In this document: one piece after another, positions 33,982 through 43,214 of the stretch
How the letters are laid out: every line of letters starts with the position of its first letter
How positions within the stretch are numbered: position 1 is the stretch's first letter
Assembly: GCA_041577015.1 (NCBI GenBank)
Contig: JBFGJV010000001.1
Span: forward strand, 1 to 44,086
Source of the DNA: Myxococcota bacterium
GTDB lineage: Bacteria; Myxococcota_A; UBA9160; PR03
DNA: 44,086 nucleotides
Reading direction: 5' to 3'
Made by a program: the position numbers and the translations under genes
Notes under the pieces: generated by a model
The model's database searches: none
Told to the model about the DNA's origin: nothing
The model's input: the letters and a program-made list of their open reading frames with translations, nothing else

Positions 33982-35515
33982 GCGAAGCAGACGCCTGGGA
34001 CGCGGGCTCGGCTGCGGGCTCGTCGCTCTTGCCGTCCTGGCTGCCCCGCCCGCGGTGGCCTTCGCGCCCGTCGGGCGCTGCGGCCCCGAGCTCCACGCGA
34101 GCCGTCCCGCGTCCGGCGACCAGTCCGCCACCGCGCTCCGCGCCTACCAGGCGCGGCTCGTCCGCTGTCACGGGGGCCACGCCTATCACGTACCGCTGGC
34201 CGTCAAGGCCGAGCACTACGTGTGGATGCTGTGGCGCTACCACCTTGCGCCGCATCGCCAGGTCATGCCGCGCATCACGCTTCCGGCGCGGCCGGGCGAG
34301 CCCGTCGTCTACGAGGCGGGCGCGGACGTCTCCACCTGGAACGGGGCGCTGCTGGCCGCGCTCGCGCATGCATGGGCCGCGACGCGGGATCCCGCCCAGA
34401 TGGAGCGCATCGTCGCGCTCCTGGAGGGCATGCATCTGTTCCTGCGCGTGACGGGCGTGCCGGGCCTGCCCGCCCGCTACGTGCTCCCGAGCGAAACCCC
34501 GGTGGGCAAGGCGGTGCACCTCTGGCTGGCCCCGGACGGGACGCGCCTGTTCTACCGCGACGAGCCGGCCAAGGGCACCGTGAACCAGCTCGTCCTGGGC
34601 TACGCGACGCTGCTCGCGCTCGCCGGGCCGGACCTTCCGGAGGCGGCCCGGCAGCGTGCGCGCTCGGACCTGGGCGCGCTCGTCATGCACCTGGTCCGCA
34701 ACGACTGGCGCCTCACGCGCGCCGACGGCCGCGCCACGCGCTACGGCGACCTCCGACCCCTCGTGTTCGGGGTCCCGCTTCCCTTCAACGCGCAGGTGGC
34801 CACCATGATCGCCGCCGCGGGACGGCACTTCCCGCCCCCGGATCCCGAGGACCGGGGCCTCGCCCGGGCGTCGTGGGACGAGCTGCGCCGCCGCGAGCCC
34901 TGGTACCGCTCGCCCTGGAGGCCTCCCTTCTACACGCCCCAAGGCGTGGGCCGCAGCCGCTTCCTGAGCGTGAACGACCTCAACCATCTCGCGAACGCCA
35001 CCTTCACGGCGCTCTTCCTGGAGCTCGATGCCGCCCGGCGCGAGCAGCGCAAGCCCGACCGGGAGCTCGTGGCCGGGCTCGCGCGCACCCTCGAGGGGAG
35101 CGAGGAGCGGCTGCTGGCGGTGCGCAATGCGCTGGGCGCCCTGATGTGGGCGGCCCTGCTGCGCGAGGAGACCGTGCGGGAGGCGCTCGGTGTGGACGCC
35201 GACGACGCCGGACGCCGCGTGGCCCGACTGCTCGCCATGAGCGTGGAGCAGCTGCGACGCTTCCCGGTGGACCGCTTCCGCCACGAGGGATTCCAGACGC
35301 GTGTGGCGGAGGTCCAGTGGGTCGATGCCTATCGCCCCGACAGCTACCACTGGAAGACCCGGCCCCGCCTCGTCTGGCTCGCCACCGGGCCTCCCACCCG
35401 CCTGCTCACCAGCGCCATCGACTACCTGCACGCCTACTGGCTGCTCCGGAGCCTGTCCCTGGAGCGCCACCCGAGCCTCTCCGCCCGCCACTTCCCCATC
35501 CTCGAGCCGCGTTAA
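33968..35515 (+). CDS. Hypothetical secreted protein, 515 aa
   Basis: In-frame GTG 33968 overlaps the upstream gene by 14 nt. Signal-like N-terminus RRLGRGLGCGLVALAVLAAPPAVAFA. Long and Trp/Arg/Leu-rich, with coding-like GC3. No recognisable motif. Confidence 0.5.
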   Translation: MPRAERSRRLGRGLGCGLVALAVLAAPPAVAFAPVGRCGPELHASRPASGDQSATALRAYQARLVRCHGGHAYHVPLAVKAEHYVWMLWRYHLAPHRQVMPRITLPARPGEPVVYEAGADVSTWNGALLAALAHAWAATRDPAQMERIVALLEGMHLFLRVTGVPGLPARYVLPSETPVGKAVHLWLAPDGTRLFYRDEPAKGTVNQLVLGYATLLALAGPDLPEAARQRARSDLGALVMHLVRNDWRLTRADGRATRYGDLRPLVFGVPLPFNAQVATMIAAAGRHFPPPDPEDRGLARASWDELRRREPWYRSPWRPPFYTPQGVGRSRFLSVNDLNHLANATFTALFLELDAARREQRKPDRELVAGLARTLEGSEERLLAVRNALGALMWAALLREETVREALGVDADDAGRRVARLLAMSVEQLRRFPVDRFRHEGFQTRVAEVQWVDAYRPDSYHWKTRPRLVWLATGPPTRLLTSAIDYLHAYWLLRSLSLERHPSLSARHFPILEPR

Positions 35516-35547
35516 AGGAGCTCCCGTCGTCTCGCGATAGTCCCCGC

Positions 35548-36294
35548 ATGGGCGGGATCGAGCGGCAGGGCTGGCTCGCGGCGGGGGGCGGCGCCATGGG
35601 CGCTGCGCTGGTGCTCGGAACTTTGCCCTTCGTGAGCGGGGTCCTGTCCTACTTCCTGGTCCTGGTGCACGAGATGGGCCACGCGGCCGTGGGCTGGCTC
35701 TACGGCTATCCCTCGCTCCCCGCCTTCGACTTCGTGTACGGCGGCGGCGTCACGACCCACCAGGACCGCCTGCCGCTGATCGCCTTCCTGGTGCAGGCGG
35801 TGCTCCTCGCGCTCGCCTGGGTCTTCCGTCGCAATGCCGCGAGCCTGGGCCTGACCCTCGGGCTCGCCGCGGCGTACGGACTCACCGCCTGGAGCGACGG
35901 GCACGAGGTCGTGATCCTGGCGATGGGGCACGGCTTCGAGCTGGTGATCGCCGGCATCTTCGTCCACCGCGCCCTGAGTGGAAACGCGTGTCACCACGAG
36001 GCCGAGCGCATGCTCTACGGATTCGTGGGCTTCTTCGTCACGTTCTACGATCTGCGCTTCGCGCACGGTCTCGTGACCAGCTCGTTCCGACGCGAGGTCT
36101 ACCAGGTGGCCAAGGGAGGCGGGCACTGGATGGACTTCTCGCAGCTGGCCGAGCGGCACCTGCACGTCTCCCTCGAGGCGGTGGCGGCCGGCTTCCTGGT
36201 GCTCTGTCTGGTGCCGCCGCTCGTGGCTCTCGGGGTGAATCTGCGCCGGGAGGAGACCGCAGCCCTGATGCTGCGACTGCGCCGGGTCGAGTAG
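35548..36294 (+). CDS. Polytopic membrane protein with an HExxH motif (M50/site-2-protease-like)
   Basis: From ATG 35548 within listed ORF 34222-36294. LVLVHEMGHAAVGWLYG sits in a TM helix, and about six hydrophobic segments are present. ATG 35596 is an alternative start. Confidence 0.55.
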   Translation: MGGIERQGWLAAGGGAMGAALVLGTLPFVSGVLSYFLVLVHEMGHAAVGWLYGYPSLPAFDFVYGGGVTTHQDRLPLIAFLVQAVLLALAWVFRRNAASLGLTLGLAAAYGLTAWSDGHEVVILAMGHGFELVIAGIFVHRALSGNACHHEAERMLYGFVGFFVTFYDLRFAHGLVTSSFRREVYQVAKGGGHWMDFSQLAERHLHVSLEAVAAGFLVLCLVPPLVALGVNLRREETAALMLRLRRVE

Positions 36295-36334
36295 CCCGCC
36301 TCGGAACCGGTATGCTCCCACCGGGGAGGAGGCC

Positions 36335-36751
36335 GTGGTCCGCATCGACGTCGTCTACGAGGGGGACCTCCACACCGAGTGCCGGCACGGGCCCTCGGGC
36401 ACGAAGCTCGCCACCGACGCACCGCGTGACAACGAAGGGCGCGGGGAGAGCTATTCGCCCACGGATCTGGTGGCCACGGCGCTCGGGAGCTGCATGCTCA
36501 CCGTGATGGGCATCCTGGCCCGACGCCGCGGCTGGGCGCTCGAAGGCGCGCGCGCCGCGGTGGAGAAGCACATGACGGCACATCCGGAGCGACGCATCGG
36601 CCGTCTCCAGGTGCGCATCAGCCTGCCGCCGGGACTCCCCGTCGAGGCGCGCGCGGCGCTGGAGCGCGCCGCGCTCTCGTGCCCGGTGCACCGGAGCCTC
36701 CACCCGGACGTGGCGGTGGAGGTCGGCTTCGAGGTGCCGGACTCCGGCTGA
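36335..36751 (+). CDS. OsmC/Ohr-family peroxiredoxin-like protein
   Basis: 138 aa. SPTDLVATALGSCMLTVM and LSCPVHRSL carry the two conserved Cys positions of the OsmC family. Confidence 0.8.
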   Translation: MVRIDVVYEGDLHTECRHGPSGTKLATDAPRDNEGRGESYSPTDLVATALGSCMLTVMGILARRRGWALEGARAAVEKHMTAHPERRIGRLQVRISLPPGLPVEARAALERAALSCPVHRSLHPDVAVEVGFEVPDSG

Positions 36752-36758
36752 GGCGAGC

Positions 36759-37199
36759 TCAATCGTCGCGGGCCGGTCGACCGCGCTGCCTCTTGAGCGT
36801 GGCCCGGCGTCGCTTCCCGGCCAGTCGCTGCTCGCGGCTTGCGCGGCTGGGACGCGTGGGCCGACGCGGGCGCGGGCGGCGCAGCGCATCGCCCAGCAGC
36901 CGCTCCAGGCGCGCCAGCGCCGCCTCCAGGTTGCGCCTGCGCTCGCGGTGCTCGTCCGCCACCACGCGCAGCGCGCCCTCCGCATCCAGACGGTTGGGGA
37001 GCTTGCGTCGGATGCGGGCCACGTTCGCCTCACCCAGCACCTCGACGGCCCCGTCCAGGTCCAGGCGCAGGTCCACCTTCGTGGCGACCTTGTTGACGTT
37101 CTGGCCACCGGGGCCGCCCGAGCGCGCAAAGCGCACCGAGAGCAGACGGGCCGGGATCACCCGACGCGGGGAGATGCGCAGGTCGCGAAGGGCTCCCAT
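36759..37199 (-). CDS. arfB: Alternative ribosome-rescue factor ArfB (peptidyl-tRNA hydrolase, GGQ domain)
   Basis: 146 aa. RSGGPGGQNVNKVATKV carries the GGQ motif. The basic C-terminal tail (KRRRATLKRQRGR) is typical of ArfB/YaeJ. Confidence 0.85.
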   Translation of the reverse strand: MGALRDLRISPRRVIPARLLSVRFARSGGPGGQNVNKVATKVDLRLDLDGAVEVLGEANVARIRRKLPNRLDAEGALRVVADEHRERRRNLEAALARLERLLGDALRRPRPRRPTRPSRASREQRLAGKRRRATLKRQRGRPARDD

Positions 37200-37221
37200 G
37201 GGTCCGGAGCTTCCACCCGCT

Positions 37222-38598
37222 TCACGAGCCGCGCGCCCGCTTCGGGGCCGGCAGGCGCGCGAAGGCCGGATGCTCGGGATCCGCCCGGGCGAGCACGAGC
37301 GCCTCCAGGAGCGGCGGGAAGTGGGCGGCGCGCCGGCCGTTCACCAGCACCAGGGGCGTTCCCTCGATGCCGAGCTCTGCCGCCCAGGCGATGTCCGCGC
37401 GCAGGCGTTCCGCGGTCTCGGGCGCTGCCACGCACGCCTCCAGGCGCTCCCGGGGCAGATACGGCTCCGCCAACGCGAACACGCGTTCGGCATCCAGATT
37501 GCGCTGGTTCTCGAAGAGCGCCCCGGCATAGGCGAAGGCGTCCTCGGGGCGCTCCTCCAGGCAGACGCGCGCCCGCGCCGCGAGGCAGCGCAAGCCGTCC
37601 TCGGAGCGGTGGCTGACGAGGGGGTTGCAGGCGGCGTCCAGGGGGAACTGGCGCGAGTCCAGGGAGAAGGAGCCCTTGGGCAGCCGACGCCGCAGCGCCT
37701 CCAGGGCCTCGTGCAGCTGGGCGCAGTGCCCGCACAAGACGTCGGAGAACTCGGTGATGCGCACCTGCGCCGTGGCCGGGCCGAGCGGGGCGCGGGCGGG
37801 CCGCGGGTTCGCAGGCGCGCGGCGCCAGGCCTCGAGGGCGTCGCTCAGCACCTGGCGGGTGGCGGGCGGGAGAGCGGCCAGCCGCCGGGCCAGGTCGCCG
37901 TCGGCGGGCATCGCGGTCGCTCCCGAGGTCGAGCGCGCCTCGGACGGCGAGGCCCCGGGCGTGCGCCGGCCCAGCGGGAGCAGCGCCAGGAAGGCCACGC
38001 CGGTGAGCGCCGCCGCAAGTGCCGCGCCGCGCAGCGCGGCCGGGCCTCGCATCCGCGTCGTGCCCGCGAAGATGGCGCCCGCGTAGCTCAGGACCAACGC
38101 ATAGGTGACGGCGCAGGTGGTGCAGAGCCCACCCAGACCCAGCGAGGTGGCCGCCAGGCCGACGACCGCCGCCACGCCGGCGAGGGCGGTCCACTGGGCG
38201 GCGGCCAGCGCCACGCTCGCCTGCGCCGTGCCGTGGCGGCGTGCCAGGGCGGCGAGGGGGGGGCCGAAGGCTGCCACGCTCCAGACCAGTCCCCAGGCCG
38301 CCAGCGGGAGCCCGGTCGCGCGCTGGACCGCCACGGCGAGGTCGGAGTCCCAGAGCGTGGCGCAGGCTCCGCCTCCCAGGCCGCAGAAGGCATCGCCCCC
38401 CCCGCGCGCCGCGACGAGCTCCGTCCACTGGAACAGTGCCCAGAGCGCGTGCAGGGCGGCGAGCGTCACCGCGGCCGCGAGCGCACCGGTGCGCTCGCCG
38501 CCCGTCGACGCTGCGGCGGGGCGGTCCGTACCCCGTGCGGGGCGCGAACGCGTGCGGGATCGGGTCAAGGCGTGGACTCGAACCGAGGCGGCTACCAT
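37222..38598 (-). CDS. VKOR-domain / DsbA-like thioredoxin-fold fusion protein
   Basis: The N-terminal membrane domain has a loop Cys pair (FCGLGGGAC) and an intramembrane CTTC, as in VKOR. The C-terminal domain has FSDVLCGHCAQL (CxxC) and GTPLVLVNG, as in DsbA. The start is uncertain because only 8 bp separate it from the divergent helicase start. Confidence 0.7.
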   Translation of the reverse strand: MVAASVRVHALTRSRTRSRPARGTDRPAAASTGGERTGALAAAVTLAALHALWALFQWTELVAARGGGDAFCGLGGGACATLWDSDLAVAVQRATGLPLAAWGLVWSVAAFGPPLAALARRHGTAQASVALAAAQWTALAGVAAVVGLAATSLGLGGLCTTCAVTYALVLSYAGAIFAGTTRMRGPAALRGAALAAALTGVAFLALLPLGRRTPGASPSEARSTSGATAMPADGDLARRLAALPPATRQVLSDALEAWRRAPANPRPARAPLGPATAQVRITEFSDVLCGHCAQLHEALEALRRRLPKGSFSLDSRQFPLDAACNPLVSHRSEDGLRCLAARARVCLEERPEDAFAYAGALFENQRNLDAERVFALAEPYLPRERLEACVAAPETAERLRADIAWAAELGIEGTPLVLVNGRRAAHFPPLLEALVLARADPEHPAFARLPAPKRARGS

Positions 38599-38606
38599 AG
38601 CCCACG

Positions 38607-41123
38607 GTGCTGCGCGATCACCTGCCCGAGGAGCCTCTTCAAGACGCCGAGCAGATCCTGGATCGCTTCCTGGCCTGGGTGGCCGAGGTCGGTCTCACCC
38701 CCTATCGCGCCCAGGAGGAGGCGCTGCTCGAGCTCGCCTCGGGACGTCACGTGGTGCTGGCCACGCCCACCGGCTCGGGCAAGTCGCTCGTGGCGCTGGC
38801 GCTGCACTTCAAGGCGCTCTGCGAGGGTCGGCGCTCGTTCTACACCGCGCCCGTGAAGGCGCTCGTCAACGAGAAGTTCTTCGCCCTGTGCGAGCAGCTC
38901 GGTCCCCGACAGGTGGGAATGCTCACGGGGGACGCCAGCATCAACTGGAGTGCACCGGTCGTGTGCTGCACGGCGGAGGTGCTCTCCAACATGGCGCTGC
39001 GCCAGGGGGAGGCCGTGGACGCCCCCTACGTGGTGATGGACGAGTTCCACTTCTACGCCGACCGGGAGCGCGGCGCCGCCTGGCAGATCCCGCTCCTCGC
39101 GCTGCCTCACACCACGTTCCTGCTGATGTCGGCCACGCTCGGCAATACCGACCCGATCGAGCGCGCCCTGAGGGCGCGCACCGGACGCCAGGTGGCTCAC
39201 GTCCACTCGGACGAGCGTCCGGTGCCCCTGGACTGGGAGTATCGGGAGACGCCGCTGCACGAGAGCGTCGAGGATCTGCTGGAGCGAGGCCTCGCCCCCG
39301 TGTACATCGTGCACTTCACCCAACGCGAGGCCACCGAGCAGGCCCAGGCGCTCACCAGCGCCCGAATCTGCGGCCGCGACCACCGCCGGGCCATCGCCCG
39401 TGCGCTGACCGACGTCCGTTTCGACACCCCCTTCGGCAAGGACGCGCAGCGCTTCCTCAGGCACGGCGTGGGACTGCACCATGCGGGGCTGCTCCCCAAG
39501 TACCGTCTGCTCGTGGAGCAGCTGGCGCAGAAGGGTCTGCTGCGAGTGATCTGCGGCACCGACACCCTGGGTGTCGGCGTCAACATCCCGATCCGCACCG
39601 TGCTCTTCTCGAAGCTCTGCAAGTTCGACGGCGAGAAGATGCGCATCCTCTCCGTGCGGGATTTCAAGCAGATCGCCGGGCGGGCCGGTCGCAAGGGCTT
39701 CGACGAGCGCGGCAGCGTGGTGTGCCAGGCTCCCGAACACGTGATCGAGAACCGCCGGGCGGCGGCCCGTGCCAGGCGGAGCGGTCGCCGCCGCACCGTC
39801 CGGCGCCCCTCGCCGCGCGATCTGCCCACCTGGAACAAGGACACCTTCGAGCGCCTGATCGCGCGCCCGTCCGAGCCGCTCGAGTCGCGTTTTCGTGTCA
39901 CCCACGGCATGGTGCTCAACGTCCTCCAGCGCCAGCGCGCACCCAGCGACCGCGCGGAGGGCTACCGGAAGCTCCTGGAGCTGATCGACCTCTGCCACGA
40001 GAGCCGCAGCGAAAAGCGCCGGCTGCGGCGCCGCGCGGCTTCGGTGCTGCGGACCCTGCGCGGCGCGGGCATCGTGGACGTGGCGCCGCACCCCCAGAGC
40101 CGTCTTCCGACGCTGCGCGTCAGCGGCGAGCTCCAGCAGGACTTCTCCCTCCACCACACGCTCTCGCTCTACCTGGTGGACACGGTGCCGCTGCTGGACC
40201 GCGACTCGGACACCTACGCCCTCGACGTGCTGGGGCTCGTGGAGGCGATCCTCGACAATCCCGCGGCCATCCTGGAGGCCCAGCGGCGCAAGGCGCGCCA
40301 GGAGCTGCTGGCCCGCCTCAAGGCCGAGCGCGTCCCCTACGAGGAACGCATGGCGCGGCTGGAGAAGGTCACCCATCCCAAGCCGAACGCCGAGTTCATC
40401 TACGCCAGCTTCCACCTCTTCGCGGAGAGGCATCCGTGGGTGCGCGATGAGAACATCCGGCCCAAGTCCATCGCGCGCGAGATGCTGGAGCGCTACGAGG
40501 GCTTCCACGAGTTCGTGCGCCGCTATGGGATCCAGCGCAGCGAGGGTCTCCTGCTGCGTCACCTGAGCCAGGTGCACAACACCCTGGACCAGACGGTTCC
40601 CGAGGCGGCGCGCAGCGAGGAGGTGCACGAGATCCTGGGGTTCCTGCGGGCGATGCTGGCGCGCGTGGATTCCAGCCTGATCGAGGCGTGGGAGAGCCGC
40701 GCCCGCCCGGTGGCCGCGGAGGCCGGTGCGGCGGCGCGTCCGGAGGCGGGCGTCCACCCGCGCGCCTTCCGTGCCCGCGTCCGCGCCGAGATGGCGCAGC
40801 TGGTGCGCGCCCTCGCCCGCGGCGAGTGGGAGGAGGCGGCCGCGTGCGTGCGTCAGGACCTCGACGACGCCTGGGACGCGGCGCGCTTCGAGGCCGCCCT
40901 GGCGCCCTTCCTGGCCGAGTACGGTCGCGTCGTGTTCGACCCGCGTGCGTTGCGTGCCCACCGCACGCTGATCAAGCCGTCCGGCCCCCGGCGCTGGGAC
41001 GTGCACCAGGTGCTGCTGGACACGCGGGACGACAATCTCTGGAACGTGGAGGGCGAGGTGACGCTCGCGGAGGGCCGCCTGCCCCAAGGGCCCCTGGTGC
41101 GCGTGCGTCGCGTCGGCACCTGA
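38607..41123 (+). CDS. Ski2-like DEAD/DEAH-box helicase with a long C-terminal extension (DUF3516-type architecture)
   Basis: 838 aa. Motif I ATPTGSGKS, motif II MDEFH, SAT (MSATLGN), HHAGLLP, GTDTLGVGVNIP, QIAGRAGRKG. A ~400-aa helical C-terminal region follows. Confidence 0.8.
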   Translation: MLRDHLPEEPLQDAEQILDRFLAWVAEVGLTPYRAQEEALLELASGRHVVLATPTGSGKSLVALALHFKALCEGRRSFYTAPVKALVNEKFFALCEQLGPRQVGMLTGDASINWSAPVVCCTAEVLSNMALRQGEAVDAPYVVMDEFHFYADRERGAAWQIPLLALPHTTFLLMSATLGNTDPIERALRARTGRQVAHVHSDERPVPLDWEYRETPLHESVEDLLERGLAPVYIVHFTQREATEQAQALTSARICGRDHRRAIARALTDVRFDTPFGKDAQRFLRHGVGLHHAGLLPKYRLLVEQLAQKGLLRVICGTDTLGVGVNIPIRTVLFSKLCKFDGEKMRILSVRDFKQIAGRAGRKGFDERGSVVCQAPEHVIENRRAAARARRSGRRRTVRRPSPRDLPTWNKDTFERLIARPSEPLESRFRVTHGMVLNVLQRQRAPSDRAEGYRKLLELIDLCHESRSEKRRLRRRAASVLRTLRGAGIVDVAPHPQSRLPTLRVSGELQQDFSLHHTLSLYLVDTVPLLDRDSDTYALDVLGLVEAILDNPAAILEAQRRKARQELLARLKAERVPYEERMARLEKVTHPKPNAEFIYASFHLFAERHPWVRDENIRPKSIAREMLERYEGFHEFVRRYGIQRSEGLLLRHLSQVHNTLDQTVPEAARSEEVHEILGFLRAMLARVDSSLIEAWESRARPVAAEAGAAARPEAGVHPRAFRARVRAEMAQLVRALARGEWEEAAACVRQDLDDAWDAARFEAALAPFLAEYGRVVFDPRALRAHRTLIKPSGPRRWDVHQVLLDTRDDNLWNVEGEVTLAEGRLPQGPLVRVRRVGT

Positions 41124-41139
41124 GCGCGGGCCGCGCCTC

Positions 41140-41337
41140 CTAGGGGGTCTCCTCGGCCTCTTCGTCGTCCTGAGCGCCGATGCCGTAGCCGGCGAGGTCG
41201 TCGGCGGTGGCGACGCGCGAGGCCTCTCCTTCGTCCTCCTGGCGCTGCTCACGCTTCTCGCGCTTGAGCGCGGCCTTCTCCTGCTTGCGCACCTCGCGCT
41301 GTCGCTTCAGGACGGACATTCGACTCTTCTTGCCCAT
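41140..41337 (-). CDS. Small, highly charged hypothetical protein (65 aa)
   Basis: I trimmed to ATG 41337. MGKKSRMSVLKRQREVRKQEKAALKREKREQRQEDEGE...GAQDDEEAEETP. GC-rich third positions support coding. I do not recognise a family. Confidence 0.45.
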   Translation of the reverse strand: MGKKSRMSVLKRQREVRKQEKAALKREKREQRQEDEGEASRVATADDLAGYGIGAQDDEEAEETP

Positions 41338-41500
41338 AGGCTCTTCATGGCTCTTCGGAGTGGCTGGGGCGTCCGGGAGAGACCGCATGGCCGCGTCGCG
41401 GGCGGTCTACTGCGATCCCGCGGACCCCATCGCGACGCAGGATACCATAGCGCCGCGTCGTCACAAGGCCGCACGACGGCGATCGGGAGGGAGGAACGAC

Positions 41501-43097
41501 ATGTCCCTGAGCGCACTGGGCGACGTCTTGATTCTCGTGATCTTCGCGGTGCTCTTCGTCATGTTCGCCGTGCCGCCCCTGGTGTTCGCCTACCTCTACT
41601 GGGTGGACCGTCGCCAGGATCAGCACGCGGTCCTGCGCAACTATCCCATCCTCGGCCGCCTGCGGTACCTCTTCGAGCACGTCGGCCCCGAGCTGCGCCA
41701 ATACTTGTTCAACGCCGACCTCGAGGGGAAGCCCTTCGCCCGCGACGAGTATCGGAACATGGTGCTCGCGGGAAAGTATCTGAATACGCTGATCTCCTTC
41801 GGCTCCAAGCGGGATTTCGAGGCGCCAGGCTGGTACGTGCGCAACGCCCTCCTCCCCGTGCAGCTCTCGGACATGGCCGTCGTGCGGGAGCCGCGCATCG
41901 AGACGCGTCGTTACGTGACCGACGACGAGGGACTGTTCTCCCGCAAGGAGCATCTCGAGATGGCCCAGGTGTCACCGTGGACGCTGGCCGACGCCGTGGC
42001 GCCGGTGGTGGGAGCCGATCTCCCCCATCCCTGGACGTGGCGAGGTCTCGTGGGCATGAGCGGCATGTCCTACGGCTCGCTGGGACGCCGCGCCATCCTG
42101 GCCATCGGTCGAGGCCTGGGCCGGGCCGGGGGCACGTGGATGAACACCGGGGAGGGCGGTCTGGCGCCCCACCACCTGGAGGGTGGGGGGGGACGTCGTG
42201 TTCCAGATCGGTCCCGGCCTGTTCGGCGTGCGCGACGAGAGCGGGCGCTGGGACTGGGACGAGTTCCGGCGCAAGGCGGAGCTCCCCCAGGTGGTGGGCT
42301 TCGAGCTGAAGTTCCACCAGGGCGCGAAGATCCGCGGCGGACACGTGGAGGGTGCCAAGGTCACGCCGGAGATCGCCGAGATCCGACGCGTGCCCGTGGG
42401 CCGCTCCATCGATTCCCCCAATCGCTTCCCCATGTTCGAGACCCTGGACGACGTGCTCGACTGGGTCTCCCGCATGCGCCGGGAAGGGGGCAAGCCGGTC
42501 GGGATCAAGCTCGTCATGGGCGGTCCGGGATCCGCGGATCCCCTGGCCCAGGCCCTGGCGCAGCGGGGCGACGGCCCGGACTGGATCGCGGTGGACGGGG
42601 GCGAGGGCGGCTCCGGCGCCACCTACCAGGAGATGGCGGACGGCATGGGGCTTCCGATCCGCTCGGGGATCGTGGAGCTGGACGATGCCCTGCGCCGCTT
42701 CGGCGTCCGTGATCGGGTCCGGCTGCTCGCGTCCGGAAAGCTCTTCTCCCCCGACCGGCTGGCGATCGCGCTCGCCCTGGGTGCCGACGCCGTCACCGTC
42801 GCGCGCGGCTTCATGATCTCCGTGGGCTGCATCCAGGCTCAGCGCTGCCACGCCAACACCTGTCCCGTGGGCGTGGCCACCACCGACGAGGAGCTCATGC
42901 GGGCCCTCGTCGTGGAGGAGAAGCAGTACCGGGTCCTGAACTACGTGGTGGCCCTGCGCGCCGGGCTTACCTCTCTGGCCGCCGCCGCCGGCCTCGCTTC
43001 ACCCACCCAGTTCGAGCGGCGCCACGCGGTCTACCGCGACGCCCTGGGGCGCACCTGGTCGGCGGAGGAGCTCTTCCCGTACCCCGTCGCGGGCTGA
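41501..43097 (+). pseudogene. FMN-binding glutamate-synthase-domain (GltB domain 2-like) protein, frameshifted in a G8 run
   Basis: ATG 41501 is preceded by GGGAGGGAGG. It has an N-terminal TM helix and then MSGMSYGSLG, NTGEGGLAPHHLEGGG. The frame changes at G8 (42185-42192) to ...DVVFQIGPGLFGVR...GFELKFHQGAKIRGG...DGGEGGSGA...CHANTCPVGVATTD. Length is 1597 nt, which is 3n+1. Confidence 0.75.
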
Positions 43098-43214
43098 CCC
43101 GGGCCGGCCGCCCCTATCGGGGGTTTCCCCCACGGGAGAATACGGTCTCGGCGACGAGCCCCGGCCTCAGTCCGCGGGCCGATCGACCGATGCATAGGCG
43201 GGGAGACCACGGCC

